Origin: a virus
Taxonomy: Duplodnaviria; Caudoviricetes
Length of the DNA: 43,848 bases
IMG/VR virus record: IMGVR_UViG_3300010361_000018
Coordinates: 1 to 43,848 of that record
Direction: 5' to 3' (one strand)
Numbering within the stretch: the first letter of the stretch is position 1; each line of letters opens with the position of its first letter. The notes beneath the pieces were generated by a model that saw only the letters and a program-made list of their open reading frames with translations, searched no databases and had not been told where the DNA came from. The position numbers were made by a program, and so were the translations under genes. Of the stretch, positions 34,501-42,029 are shown piece after piece.

Positions 34501-34846
34501 GCAACCTAAGCTGAAGCTGTATCTCGTATCCATCGGCTTTGCCAACAACGTGCTTGGGGTGACTATGATCCCGGCAACAAATGCCCCGGCAGCCTCGGCA
34601 ATAGCCGTCGTGCAGCAACTCAACAGCAATCCCAAGCCGGAACCGCCGATGACACACCTCTTTGTCGAGGAGGTGACTGCAGATCAGCTGAAGATGCTGC
34701 TGCGTGTCCTGGAGACCGGCAAGACCGATGCAGAGATCGTGCCTCTTTCCATCGTGCCACCTGCACCATCTGAAGCACCGATCAATACTGTTCCACCACA
34801 CCAGATCCTGCAAGACATGCCGCGATGGCCTGATGGAGCGGCATGA
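34493..34846 (+). CDS. Hypothetical protein
   Basis: AAGGAGG RBS before ATG 34493. Confidence 0.65.
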   Translation: MTEQPKLKLYLVSIGFANNVLGVTMIPATNAPAASAIAVVQQLNSNPKPEPPMTHLFVEEVTADQLKMLLRVLETGKTDAEIVPLSIVPPAPSEAPINTVPPHQILQDMPRWPDGAA

Positions 34847-35034
34847 TGACCCCTGAGCAACGGATGCTGGATGTCATTGCCGAGGCTATCGCTATGATCT
34901 GCCTGCGGCTCGCGATAGACGATCCGCTGAATAACGGCAGAGACATGCTTGAGCGTGCTCAGTTGACACGGCTGGAGATTGAAAAGTTCAAGCGCGACAT
35001 CGGCCAGCACGCGCCTCTCGTCAGGCTTCTATGA
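34843..35034 (+). CDS. Hypothetical protein
   Basis: Coupled ORF. Confidence 0.55.
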   Translation: MMTPEQRMLDVIAEAIAMICLRLAIDDPLNNGRDMLERAQLTRLEIEKFKRDIGQHAPLVRLL

Positions 35035-35525
35035 TAACTCCCCTCGGTTGGCTGGATACATGGTCTCTTGCCGCCTCCCTGATCCGCAAAGAGCGCCGGG
35101 AGGAGTTGAAGAAGGCCAATGGGCGTCTCGTGGTACGCGAGGGCAAATGGCAGCATCCCGGTACCGTCAAGGATGGTCCATGGGCAGCAATGCGCCAGGC
35201 TATCCAGAAGGCCAATCGCGCCATCCTTGAACGACAGGCCGATCTGGAGATCGCTGAAGTGGTTGTAGAGGAGTTATCCCCCGGTGACTCTTTCCCCTGG
35301 ACCCGCGGCAACGAGGGCGAGGTTTCGTGCTCGGTATTTGTTGTTACGAACCCGAAAGTCGTTATCCTGGTCGGTCAGGCTCGGCCACAAATCCCGTGTG
35401 TTCATATCCCGACAGGCGATGTGGTCGTTTGGGATTCGGGGTTATGGCATAGCAAGATCAACGGCGGTGAAACGACGAGCATTTCACTGAACATGAGATT
35501 GACTAAACGAATAGTCGAAATATGA
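35031..35525 (+). CDS. Cupin / Asp-Asn beta-hydroxylase-like protein, probably degenerate
   Basis: LSPGDSFPW...VVTNP...HIPTGDVVVWD...WHSKINGGET double-stranded beta-helix pattern; the first HxD metal ligands are missing. Confidence 0.55.
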   Translation: MITPLGWLDTWSLAASLIRKERREELKKANGRLVVREGKWQHPGTVKDGPWAAMRQAIQKANRAILERQADLEIAEVVVEELSPGDSFPWTRGNEGEVSCSVFVVTNPKVVILVGQARPQIPCVHIPTGDVVVWDSGLWHSKINGGETTSISLNMRLTKRIVEI

Positions 35526-35526
35526 T
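35499..35526 (+). promoter_or_regulatory. Sigma70 promoter for array A and the Cas7-like gene
   Basis: TTGACT (35499-504), 16 nt, TATGAT (35521-26); the array starts 9 nt later. Confidence 0.75.
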
Positions 35527-35534
35527 GATCCTGA

Positions 35535-35649
35535 GGCAGGCTAAGGTTCGATCGGGATTGGTAAGCAGCGGCCGGATGCGGCTTGCCAAGCCTTGGCAAG
35601 GCTCGGTTGGGTGAGGTAAGGTTTTGTTACCCCGGCAGCTACCGGGTAA
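35535..35649 (+). ncRNA. G(G)Y-NN pentamer array A (putative guide RNA) with 3' hairpin
   Basis: 18 consecutive 5-mers start with G (11 GGY) over 35535-35624, followed by the hairpin TTACCCCGG-cagcta-CCGGGTAA (35627-49). Confidence 0.85.
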
Positions 35650-35671
35650 GAACGCAACATCTTCCACAGAA

Positions 35672-35742
35672 TCCTCTGCGGCCGGTGTTGCGATATCGCA
35701 ACCCCTGATGCGTTCCGGGCGTAGCTGGCCGGCCGCAGAGGA
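35672..35742 (+). promoter_or_regulatory. Structured leader sequestering the RBS of the Cas7-like gene
   Basis: Perfect 14-bp inverted repeat TCCTCTGCGGCCGG / CCGGCCGCAGAGGA enclosing the 16-bp palindrome GTTGCGATATCGCAAC. Confidence 0.7.
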
Positions 35743-35748
35743 CTGAAC

Positions 35749-36393
35749 ATGGCAAGGAAATCTACAGCAGAGGTTATCAGTATCGGCGGCAGCGTCCCAA
35801 CATCGGGCGCCGACGAGATCATAGAATTTTCCGAACCCTACACCGTTGAAGTCGTCATCGAGGGTTCGGCCGACATTCTGTTCCATCGGTGGAACGCGGA
35901 AGCGGTAGACGAGAAGGCGAAAGCTGCCAAAGGCAGCAAAGCCAAAAAGACCGATGATGTTGAGAACTACGTCTATCGTGACGACGCTGGCTTCATCTGC
36001 GTCCCCGGAGAATACCTGCGCGGTGCTATCATCGGAGCAGCTAAGTTCAGGCAAGACCCGCGCTCGCCTCGCAAATCAGCGATGGACTTGTTCAAAGCTG
36101 CTGTTGTCAGCCTGACCCCGCTAGCCTCACTCGGGGTCAAGAAGTGGGATTATGAGGACCGTAGGCGGGTCGTTGTGCAGCGGGCTGGCATCAACCGGAC
36201 GCGGCCGGCAATGCGCGTTGGCTGGAAAGCCACCTTCCTCCTGATGGTGACTTTGCCGGAATACGTCAGCCCTCAGGTGCTGAACGAGGTTATCTCTATG
36301 GCCGGTCGTATCGGTGGCCTTGGAGATTTCCGGCCAACGTATGGACGCTTTAACGTGATTTCATATGGCGTGCTCGGCCGGGACGGGGCATGA
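35749..36393 (+). CDS. Solitary Cas7-like RAMP protein (Vipr-like RNA-guided effector)
   Basis: RAMP signature order: beta1 VEVVIEGSADILFH, YRDDAGFICVPGEYLRGAI, thumb RVVVQRAGINRTRP, W..TF, and G-rich loop AGRIGGLGDFRPTYGRFNV. No other cas genes in the genome. Confidence 0.85.
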   Translation: MARKSTAEVISIGGSVPTSGADEIIEFSEPYTVEVVIEGSADILFHRWNAEAVDEKAKAAKGSKAKKTDDVENYVYRDDAGFICVPGEYLRGAIIGAAKFRQDPRSPRKSAMDLFKAAVVSLTPLASLGVKKWDYEDRRRVVVQRAGINRTRPAMRVGWKATFLLMVTLPEYVSPQVLNEVISMAGRIGGLGDFRPTYGRFNVISYGVLGRDGA

Positions 36394-36501
36394 TTTGGAG
36401 AGGCGAGATGTGACGAGGCGAGGCTGGTAATGATGTGGTGCGCTGGGGACGGGTTTGGCACGACGCGGTATGCATCGGTGAGGTAAGGACGGGCAAGGCT
36501 T
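36367..36501 (+). ncRNA. G(G)Y-NN pentamer array B1 (putative guide RNA)
   Basis: 27 consecutive 5-mers start with G (13 GGY); the first five overlap the end of the RAMP CDS. Confidence 0.85.
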
Positions 36502-36503
36502 CC

Positions 36504-36563
36504 GGCATGATCAGGCTTGGAGGGGTCCGCCAGGTCTCGGTATGGTGGGGCAAGGTACGGTTT
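36504..36563 (+). ncRNA. G(G)Y-NN pentamer array B2 (putative guide RNA)
   Basis: After a 2-nt phase shift, 12 more G-initial 5-mers (8 GGY). Begins GGCATGAT, as B1 does at 36387, and ends at the PurD-like stop codon. Confidence 0.8.
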
Positions 36564-37886
36564 CTAGCTGTACCTCATCCCCATTGCGTAACCGCTCCGC
36601 TGCAACTGAGGCAACTGCCGAGCCAGACGAGAACCTATGTCCGGGCGATGGAAATCATCGGCCGGCATCTTAACGGAGTCCACACGTGAATAGGCGCGTT
36701 GCCTCGCTTCTTGCACAGTTTGCCCGCAGCCGCTCACGATGCAAACATAAGAGCCTGCTGTCGCGAGCCCGGTGGGTCGTTGCACACGACCGTTCTCAAT
36801 TGCAGGCACAGGCGCCGTCATCGCGTTGGCATAGTGTACGTGATCGGATCTACCCCGGTCCTGTATGGGAACCCCCACGACCTCCCCTGGACGCTCGTGC
36901 CCGTATGGAAAGGGCGGAAGCGCCATCACCACCCCCACCGCCACCTCATCCAGTCTACGATGTGCAGCCAATGGCCGCCCCTTTGCTACACTGGCTAGAA
37001 ACTCAATTGGATCGCCATCCCAAAGACTGAGCTCGATGTTGGTAGATGGCCACCCCAAGCGACAGGTCCACTCTAGGGGCCAAGGCTGGCCGTCCTCATC
37101 AATGATACAGTTAACGTCAATATTGGACCTGAACCCAGATGAAACGAGCATATCCTCGAACGGTGCGAGTACCTGTTTTGCCAACTTCGAATGTCGAGTT
37201 AGTCGCAGAACGGTTCCTAATTCGCCAGTATTTGGACCACCTCCTCCAGGAAACATCCGCTTCTCTTCCCAGTTCTCCTCCCACCCCGGCGCAAAGCCGT
37301 GATCCGTCACCCAAGCGCCGACCGCGAACTCGACGCCCTCAACGAGATCCTGCACGATGAACCCTTCAGGAAAGGTCTTGCCTTGACGCTTCCAACTCTC
37401 CAATCGCCAGATGACCCCCTCCGCGGTCTTGCCGACGAAACTGAGAGACTTGTCAGCCATATCCCCGCACGGTTTACAGGCGAAACCCTCACCACGCTTT
37501 GCAACGTAATCAATAGCCTCGTTAATGTTTTGACAGTGGCGATAGGGCGCGACAGGGATTCCCTTCCGGCGGAATGCTGCCATGCCTTGGAGGCGATTGA
37601 GTTCAAGATGAGTTATCTCTTGGGACCCACCAATGACCGGAACTCCCGCGGCTCGTAGCGCGTCAAGCTCGCGCATCCACCTCGTCGAGCCGCAGATGAT
37701 CAAGTCAGCCCAACGGCCTGAAGAACGCCAGTCCGACACACGCTCGACCAAGCCCTTGCCGGTAGGACTCTTGATCGGATCAAACGAGCCACTGAAGTAC
37801 TTAACGGAATGGCCATGCTGCTTGGCCCGGATGGCTAAGTCCAGAAGCCCATCAGAAGCACTCTCGATCAGCAGGATTTTTGCCAT
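36564..37886 (-). CDS. PurD-like (phosphoribosylamine-glycine ligase-like) ATP-grasp protein
   Basis: LELNR..G, ACKPCG, FIVQDLVEGVEF, EEKRMFPGGGGPNTGELG, IDVNCI, PLEWTCRLGWP and RPDIG motifs; divergent from cellular PurD. Confidence 0.85.
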   Translation of the reverse strand: MAKILLIESASDGLLDLAIRAKQHGHSVKYFSGSFDPIKSPTGKGLVERVSDWRSSGRWADLIICGSTRWMRELDALRAAGVPVIGGSQEITHLELNRLQGMAAFRRKGIPVAPYRHCQNINEAIDYVAKRGEGFACKPCGDMADKSLSFVGKTAEGVIWRLESWKRQGKTFPEGFIVQDLVEGVEFAVGAWVTDHGFAPGWEENWEEKRMFPGGGGPNTGELGTVLRLTRHSKLAKQVLAPFEDMLVSSGFRSNIDVNCIIDEDGQPWPLEWTCRLGWPSTNIELSLWDGDPIEFLASVAKGRPLAAHRRLDEVAVGVVMALPPFPYGHERPGEVVGVPIQDRGRSDHVHYANAMTAPVPAIENGRVQRPTGLATAGSYVCIVSGCGQTVQEARQRAYSRVDSVKMPADDFHRPDIGSRLARQLPQLQRSGYAMGMRYS

Positions 37887-37924
37887 AACTTAGGTTATGG
37901 CTATTGACATAATTTTACTTGAAG

Positions 37925-38057
37925 GGCGAGGGGGCGCCTGACTATTTACCGGCGGTGGACAGCAACCACCTCCGGCGGGGGCACCCGGTGCCTGTGTCTC
38001 AGACACGCTAGGGGCTGCACCTAATCCCCCCGCGGCTCGTGCCGGGGCGCCCTCGCC
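37925..38057 (+). ncRNA. Candidate structured RNA or structured 5' leader
   Basis: Closing stem GGCGAG(GG)GGCGCC / GGCGCCCTCGCC encloses several hairpins; an AT-rich promoter-like tract (37901-37920) lies just upstream. Confidence 0.5.
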
Positions 38058-38098
38058 GGAATGGTCTTGTACGACAGAAGCCTTAAACATGGGTTGAC

Positions 38099-38203
38099 AT
38101 GTTGGTCTTGGACATTCTCGGGTGGATCGTTTGCGGATGGGCCGCAATCATGCTCTTCGGAGTGTTCTGTTGGATCATCGGTACAGTAGGCGGCTCCGAC
38201 TAA
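38099..38203 (+). CDS. Small hydrophobic membrane peptide (34 aa), antisense to the late operon
   Basis: MLVLDILGWIVCGWAAIMLFGVFCWIIGTVGGSD; converges on the stop of 38200..39726. Confidence 0.5.
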   Translation: MLVLDILGWIVCGWAAIMLFGVFCWIIGTVGGSD

Positions 38204-39726
38204 GGCGACTGATCGCGCGTCAGCGATCGGACAGCCGTAACACGCCCACCGTTCGGACCACGATCACCAACCCGGACCTTTTCGGCCTCAGCACCGAGGG
38301 GAGCGGCCGCATATGGCGTCGCAGCTTTCGCCGATCTACCGAGACCGCCGGCGCCCTCTCTCAGAAGGGTCTGCGGTAGACCATGACGGCTGAAAACGTC
38401 TAGCGCTGCGGCAGGAGTAATCTTCCGCGACATCATTTCCGAAGCCGCCCTGCTGTACCCTTGCAACGCCGCATCGCCCCTGACAAAAGCGGATTCACCC
38501 TCCTGCCTACGAATTGACCGCAAAAGATCATCAGGAGTGAATTCGCCTCCCTTCGTAGCGCCAGATGCTGCAGAACGCATCCGGGTCCACATCCGCCACG
38601 CCTCATTGGCACGACGAAGTTCAGGGGCAAATTGCGGGTTTTCTGTTGCCAGCGCCTCTTTAATGTCGCTCAGCGTATGCAGAACAGCGTGCCCATACTC
38701 CTGATGCGTAGGGTCCGCAGAGCCAGCGTACCGTGCCCCCTCATATCCCAGCTTCCTCTCGATCTTCTTGTAAACCTCACCGGGAATTATCTCGTGGTCA
38801 GTCAGCGGCTTGATCAGATCGGTCTTCATGGTCCGCTCGAACTTGGCCCCCATAACCGGATCAAGCTTGGCAACCATATCTTGAGTGTCTTCCGAGGCTG
38901 CATTGATAACTCCCTCTCGACTGATTGATAGTTTCGGCAGCACCCGGTCATAAGCATCCGAGAGCCTATCCTCGACATAGTTATCGAGACGATGACCGGA
39001 CAAATTGCGTGGGACATCTCCACCAATAGGATCCAGAACCTGACGCGCGATCGTGCGGTCAAATCCCGCGTTGGTACGCTCCTCCGCCCCTGACACGAAA
39101 TTCCATAAGGGGCGAAAGGCTCGCTGAATGCCCCTAGGATCGGACATCGCATTGCCAACAGCAGAACTCAGCAACCGAGGTGCCAGCGCAGACCCAGCCG
39201 CCGGAAGAGCCCCGCCAGCGGCCATTCCAAAGCCCACCTGCTTAGCCTTCTCGCCCCAGTAATCACCAGAGGTCGCCGGCTGCATAGCAGCCCCTGTGGC
39301 CCCCAGTGCGGCTCCACGACCGATCATACCGGCAACAGAGCGTGCCCCCACCCCCGCAGCACCTAAGCCTGGCACAGCAGCTAAGGGCAGAGTACCAGCG
39401 ACATTGCCCCCGATCCTGCCAGCACCGGCAAGCATTGGATGCGCCCGTACCGAGGGATCAGCCTGAAAAGCGGCCTCACTACCCCGCATCGCTTGCTGGA
39501 TCTGCTGTGGACGCTGGGCCAACTCGGCAGGACTAGCAAAAGCCGCTCCACCCTCGTCAGCACCCATCCGGGCACCGATCTGTGCACCGCCTTCCAACAA
39601 GTCACGACCGCCGCGAAGAAGACCCTGCCAAACCGCATCCATACTCGACGGCTGTTTCTGAGGCTGCGGTTGCTGATCGCGCTTTAGAGGCGTTACCGGA
39701 GTAGGATCACGTGTCAAATCGACCAT
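38200..39726 (-). CDS. DNA transfer / ejection protein
   Basis: G/A-rich TM-like N-terminal half, helical C-terminal half; last of the ejection cluster. Confidence 0.7.
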   Translation of the reverse strand: MVDLTRDPTPVTPLKRDQQPQPQKQPSSMDAVWQGLLRGGRDLLEGGAQIGARMGADEGGAAFASPAELAQRPQQIQQAMRGSEAAFQADPSVRAHPMLAGAGRIGGNVAGTLPLAAVPGLGAAGVGARSVAGMIGRGAALGATGAAMQPATSGDYWGEKAKQVGFGMAAGGALPAAGSALAPRLLSSAVGNAMSDPRGIQRAFRPLWNFVSGAEERTNAGFDRTIARQVLDPIGGDVPRNLSGHRLDNYVEDRLSDAYDRVLPKLSISREGVINAASEDTQDMVAKLDPVMGAKFERTMKTDLIKPLTDHEIIPGEVYKKIERKLGYEGARYAGSADPTHQEYGHAVLHTLSDIKEALATENPQFAPELRRANEAWRMWTRMRSAASGATKGGEFTPDDLLRSIRRQEGESAFVRGDAALQGYSRAASEMMSRKITPAAALDVFSRHGLPQTLLREGAGGLGRSAKAATPYAAAPLGAEAEKVRVGDRGPNGGRVTAVRSLTRDQSP

Positions 39727-41663
39727 TACTGACCTACCGGAACGATCTGATCCCCGCGCTTCACGTAGGCACCGTTGTTGTACGTCGTGCCATCTGGATC
39801 ATTCGCCTGATCGGGAGAGACAGGAATAGCACCCGTATCACCACCACCTAATCCCTGTCCTCTCGCAAAATCCGAGATCGTCTTCTCATCAGGATTGCTC
39901 GCAAGCTTGATCACATCCTCAACCGTATAGGGGATTGCCTTACGAATGCGATCCAGAGTTACCTGCATCTGCTTTTTCTGATCAGGACTGATCCTGTCAC
40001 TCTTTCCCATCACTTCATAAGCGCCCTCGACGATCTGGCGCATGTCTGCCAGCTTCGTAAGGATCGTCAGATTACTGTCACCCTCGGCCGGCAACTCACC
40101 GATCATCTGCTGAGACAATCCAACCAGACCTTGAGCGGCACCAGCTGCTTCAATCGTAGCCAAACCACGGGAAAGGCCGCGCGTAACCGCCGCCATCGTC
40201 TGAGTCGATTGCGGAGAGGCTGTATTCGCAAGAGTGCGTTTCACAGCCTCTGACAAAGCATCGCCACGCTCCTGTCCCAATCCTTGGAAGATGCCCAGAG
40301 TGGCGCCCTCTGGCATTTCAGACAAATTCCTCAACGCTAAGCTGACCTGATTGCCACCAATCATCAGCCTCTGATTCTGGGTCTCGCTAAGCCGTCCTGC
40401 ACCCTCGCCACTCTTAGATGCAAGCGTGACCGTTCCTTCAGGTAACGCAGAACCGTCAGGCTTCCTGAATGATCCATCCGGCTGAGGTTGTGCGGCCCCC
40501 GAATAGAGAACCTTTCCACTGTCGTCCGTTACCTTGACATTGGTAGGCGTCTTAGCGGCGCCGCCGGTAAGCGGCTTAATTCCGCCAATCACGTTCCCTG
40601 ACTCATCTCTGATTGGATGACCAACCCCTCGTCGATCCACATCAAAGCTACGTCCTTCAGCATCAGTAACAATCCTCCCAGCAGTACCACGTTCACCAAT
40701 GAGCGCTTCGCGCATTTCCAGCATCCCCAGCTGAATCTCTGCACGGTTCTGCATCATGTACTGCTGGGTCCGAAGCTGCTCCTCCGGTGCCAACAGCTTC
40801 ATCCCCCGCTCAAGAGCCAGCATCTTAACCGTGGGATCAGCGCCCGGATTGGCCTTCTCGATCTGCTGCGCCAAGGCCGAGACCGAGAGACGGCCGTAGA
40901 GCGAGGGATCGACGGGCTGCATAGCCTTCTGCAGCATGGCCATGCCGTTCTGGTACATCTTGCCAAAGCCAGCATCGCCACCAGCGGCACCACCCCCTGA
41001 ACCTACCGTTACTCCTCTACCAAGATCAGCCGCCAGCTTCGGGTTAAAATCGGACCAGGGCTGGGTTCCGCGATCCTTTAGCAACTGAGCCGCAACTGAC
41101 CTTTGTACGTCATAAGGTGCCGACATGGCGTTTGGATACTGGGATAAGTCCACCCCAGCCTTTGGTGCAGTTTCACGCCAAGTTGTATTAGTGATCTGAA
41201 AGTAGCCTTGCGCTGTATGTTGTGGATCGTAGCGAAAATTCCGAACATTCCCGCCAGGACTCTCATCACGCTGAATCAAATCCAACGTACTATCGTCTCG
41301 GCCATACAGGTTTCGTCGAATCCTACCAAGACCACTTCCAGGCGGAGGAACGAGTGGCGCAGAAGGCGGTGGCGACGCCGAGGGACCGGTGAATGGCAGG
41401 TTACCACCGCCAGCCGTCATCGGCACCGAGGACGCGCCCGGCATAGGCGTCTGGGGCGAGGGTACGTTTCCGCTTAATTGACCAGAGGCAAAAGCGGGAA
41501 ATAGTAGCGCGTCGGCAGCTTCTTGCTGCTTCTGAAGCCGTAACTGATTTAGCTGCTGCTGCCGATAGAGTTGCGCTAGCGCCTGCCGTGCCGCCGCCTG
41601 CTGCTGGTCGTTATACCCCTGGAAAAACCCTCCGAGACCAACGCCAAGGTTCGTCAAGTTCAT
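39726..41663 (-). CDS. Ejection protein with lytic transglycosylase (Rpf/SLT-like) domain
   Basis: IQRDESPGGN...TAQGYFQITNTTW...APYDVQRSVAAQLL...GTQPW. Confidence 0.8.
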   Translation of the reverse strand: MNLTNLGVGLGGFFQGYNDQQQAAARQALAQLYRQQQLNQLRLQKQQEAADALLFPAFASGQLSGNVPSPQTPMPGASSVPMTAGGGNLPFTGPSASPPPSAPLVPPPGSGLGRIRRNLYGRDDSTLDLIQRDESPGGNVRNFRYDPQHTAQGYFQITNTTWRETAPKAGVDLSQYPNAMSAPYDVQRSVAAQLLKDRGTQPWSDFNPKLAADLGRGVTVGSGGGAAGGDAGFGKMYQNGMAMLQKAMQPVDPSLYGRLSVSALAQQIEKANPGADPTVKMLALERGMKLLAPEEQLRTQQYMMQNRAEIQLGMLEMREALIGERGTAGRIVTDAEGRSFDVDRRGVGHPIRDESGNVIGGIKPLTGGAAKTPTNVKVTDDSGKVLYSGAAQPQPDGSFRKPDGSALPEGTVTLASKSGEGAGRLSETQNQRLMIGGNQVSLALRNLSEMPEGATLGIFQGLGQERGDALSEAVKRTLANTASPQSTQTMAAVTRGLSRGLATIEAAGAAQGLVGLSQQMIGELPAEGDSNLTILTKLADMRQIVEGAYEVMGKSDRISPDQKKQMQVTLDRIRKAIPYTVEDVIKLASNPDEKTISDFARGQGLGGGDTGAIPVSPDQANDPDGTTYNNGAYVKRGDQIVPVGQ

Positions 41664-42028
41664 GCGCCACCAGGGTCTTGCGAGTACGGCATGGTCACGC
41701 TCTGCCGCATACTGGGATCAGGATTAAACAGGCCAAGGGCATGCAGCATCCCGGTCAACCCATACGTATCACCAACAGCTAGAGACGGGTTGCCCAGAAG
41801 CCCGCGCCCGAGGAGAGCGCCATACTGCGCCGATTGTGGCTGCCCCTGCCCCCACTGCATCAAGGAAGGTGTCGATAGGTTCATCCCCATCATCGCACCC
41901 GTGCCGAAGTTGCCGGCACCGCTGAGGATCTGCTGCAACAACTGCTGGAGACCAGCCCCAGCAAAGGGCGACCCTCCCATCGGATCATAGGGCGAGTAGA
42001 GCCCGTATGGATCATCCCCGCGTGGCAT
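41660..42028 (-). CDS. Gly-rich hypothetical protein (ejection cluster)
   Basis: G/L/Q-rich ORF coupled to its neighbours. Confidence 0.55.
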   Translation of the reverse strand: MPRGDDPYGLYSPYDPMGGSPFAGAGLQQLLQQILSGAGNFGTGAMMGMNLSTPSLMQWGQGQPQSAQYGALLGRGLLGNPSLAVGDTYGLTGMLHALGLFNPDPSMRQSVTMPYSQDPGGA

Positions 42029-42029
42029 C

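Noticed and set aside
35535-35624. Possible self matches of array A (GNAT RRLGFK, fibre RRLKRD)
   Set aside because: About 4 matching dinucleotides; not distinguishable from background.
35503-36054. 183-aa minus-strand ORF
   Set aside because: Antisense shadow of the RAMP gene and array A; no motif, and it opposes a clear promoter.
36387-36501. Possible self matches of array B1 to the PurD-like gene (CIVSG, LDEV, EFAV segments)
   Set aside because: Only 3-4 dinucleotides match in each case, which is expected by chance.
35535-36563. Classical CRISPR array next to the Cas7-like gene
   Set aside because: There are no 25-40 bp repeats with unique spacers; the periodicity is 5 nt, so the arrays are reported as pentamer ncRNAs.
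36273-36689. ORFs 36273..36461, 36350..36553 and 36435..36689
   Set aside because: Low-complexity translations of the pentamer arrays (R/G/W- or P/H/S-rich) overlapping real genes.
37925-38057. tRNA gene
   Set aside because: No T-loop GTTCRA or D-loop consensus and the length is wrong; kept only as a generic structured RNA.
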